From Nitrospirota bacterium (GTDB lineage Bacteria > Nitrospirota > UBA9217): a stretch of 64,000 nucleotides of DNA. The notes beneath the pieces are model-generated. The model ran no database searches and had not been told where the DNA came from. It worked only from the letters and a program-made list of their open reading frames with translations. The stretch lies in NCBI GenBank assembly GCA_963740085.1, contig CAVUCU010000001.1:192001-256000 (forward strand). The letters run 5' to 3'. How positions within the stretch are numbered: the stretch's first letter is position 1; every line of letters begins with the position of its first letter. Below, piece after piece: positions 62,923 through 64,000 of the stretch. A program made the position numbers and the translations under genes.

Positions 62923-63207
62923 ATGGAAGAGAGCAAGGGCCACTTCGTAGCAACAAAGACCTTCGTTTTCGTTTGGATCGCCCTGATCTGCCTGACCGGG
63001 CTTACCATAAAGGCCGCGCAGATGCAACTGGGCGGGTGGAGCATGGTCGCCAATATCGCCATCGCCTCGGTCAAGGCGAGCCTCGTGCTCTGGTTCTTCA
63101 TGCACCTGAAGTACGAAAAAAGACTGTTTAAGCTGCTCCTTTTCGTACCCTTGATTACGATCTCGATCATTATCGGACTCACGTTTGTCGATATCTGGTA
63201 CCGATAA
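62923..63207 (+). CDS. ctaF: Cytochrome c oxidase subunit IV
   Basis: VWIALICLTGLT..IASVKASLVLWFFMHLKYE; real start at ATG 62923 inside the long track ORF. Confidence 0.9.
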   Translation: MEESKGHFVATKTFVFVWIALICLTGLTIKAAQMQLGGWSMVANIAIASVKASLVLWFFMHLKYEKRLFKLLLFVPLITISIIIGLTFVDIWYR

Positions 63208-63210
63208 CAA

Positions 63211-63300
63211 CACAGTACAGAGTACAGAGTACAAAGTACTGAATACTCACCAAAGAGCTATCGTCATCTATGAGCGTTAACTCTGGACTGCGTACTCTTT
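63211..63300. repeat. Heptad-periodic inverted repeat element
   Basis: CACAGTA-CAGAGTA-CAGAGTA-CAAAGTA-CTGAATA ... AACTCTG-GACTGCG-TACTCTT. Confidence 0.75.
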
Positions 63301-63325
63301 TCTTCGAACTTATTTAAGGTGAACT

Positions 63326-64000
63326 ATGGTAACCGGCTGGCCGAACCTGTCCAACCCCGCGGACGACACGTTCTTCTTCATCCTGGGCATTTCCCTGACG
63401 CTTCTGGCCCTGAACACAGGGGTAATGATCTACTTCGTGATCCGTTACAGCAGGAAGCGCCATCCCCAGGCAGAGGAAATCAGGGAGAACACCGCGCTCG
63501 AGATCATCTGGACCGTGATCCCCACTATCCTGGTTTTGGCTATCTTCTACGTTGGATGGAAAGGCTTCGTATACATGCGCACAGCCCCGCCCGACGCCAT
63601 GATCGTGCACGTCACGGCCCGGCAATGGTCATGGACCTTCGACTATGAGAACGGAAAGGAGACCAATGTCCTGAAGGTCCCCATCCAGAAGCCGATCAAG
63701 CTCATCCTCACGTCGGCTGATGTTCTCCACAGCCTCTACATCCCCGCCTACCGGATAAAGGAGGACTGTGTGCCCGGTAGGGAAACGCACCTTTGGTTCC
63801 TTCCCGACGAACTCGGGTCCTATGACCTTTTCTGCACGGAATACTGCGGCGTGGGCCATTCGGCGATGATCACCAAGGTCGAGGTCATGAGCGAAAAGGA
63901 TTTCGATGGCTGGTATCGGGGCAAGACGAAAGCACCACGATCCGAAACGGTCAAGGGAGTGAAAACGCCGGCAGCGCATGAGGCAGCTGAAGCGGCTGAC
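63326..64000 (+). CDS. ctaC: Cytochrome c oxidase subunit II (3' end outside window)
   Basis: Not in ORF track. LEIIWTVIP, ARQWSW, DVLHS, CuA motif CTEYCGVGHSAM. Confidence 0.95.
   Translation, partial: MVTGWPNLSNPADDTFFFILGISLTLLALNTGVMIYFVIRYSRKRHPQAEEIRENTALEIIWTVIPTILVLAIFYVGWKGFVYMRTAPPDAMIVHVTARQWSWTFDYENGKETNVLKVPIQKPIKLILTSADVLHSLYIPAYRIKEDCVPGRETHLWFLPDELGSYDLFCTEYCGVGHSAMITKVEVMSEKDFDGWYRGKTKAPRSETVKGVKTPAAHEAAEAAD

Overview
A gene-dense bacterial chromosomal segment, about 55% GC by eye. Gene content suggests a Nitrospirota/Desulfobacterota-like organism (inference only). Main blocks in order: (1) B12 uptake operon btuFCD-btuB-tonB with two cobalamin riboswitches, then yacG; (2) a patchwork of small stress/detox genes and three decayed gene remnants; (3) a GlrK/QseG/GlrR-like sigma-54 system divergent from an SCO + cytochrome c/periplasmic-binding-protein pair; (4) redox genes tpx, DsrC/TusE-like, trxB and a selenocysteine MsrA split at its UGA in the ORF track; (5) an NHEJ operon with two Ku genes (one frameshifted), split LigD and DUF72; (6) a ~20-heme lipoprotein cytochrome with a sigma-54 promoter; (7) a YkuD (ElsL-like) domain fused to a MurC/Mpl-like ligase; (8) an orphan pilin-LamG fusion; (9) a transglutaminase/ABC operon interrupted by sulP; (10) smc preceded by NrdR-like boxes; (11) the start of an A2-type cytochrome c oxidase operon. 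About ten short periodic (7-10 bp unit), mostly palindromic elements sit between co-transcribed genes, inside a riboswitch and inside btuF. I saw no tRNA, rRNA, CRISPR array, transposase or integrase. All family calls come from motif recognition by eye; no database search was run.
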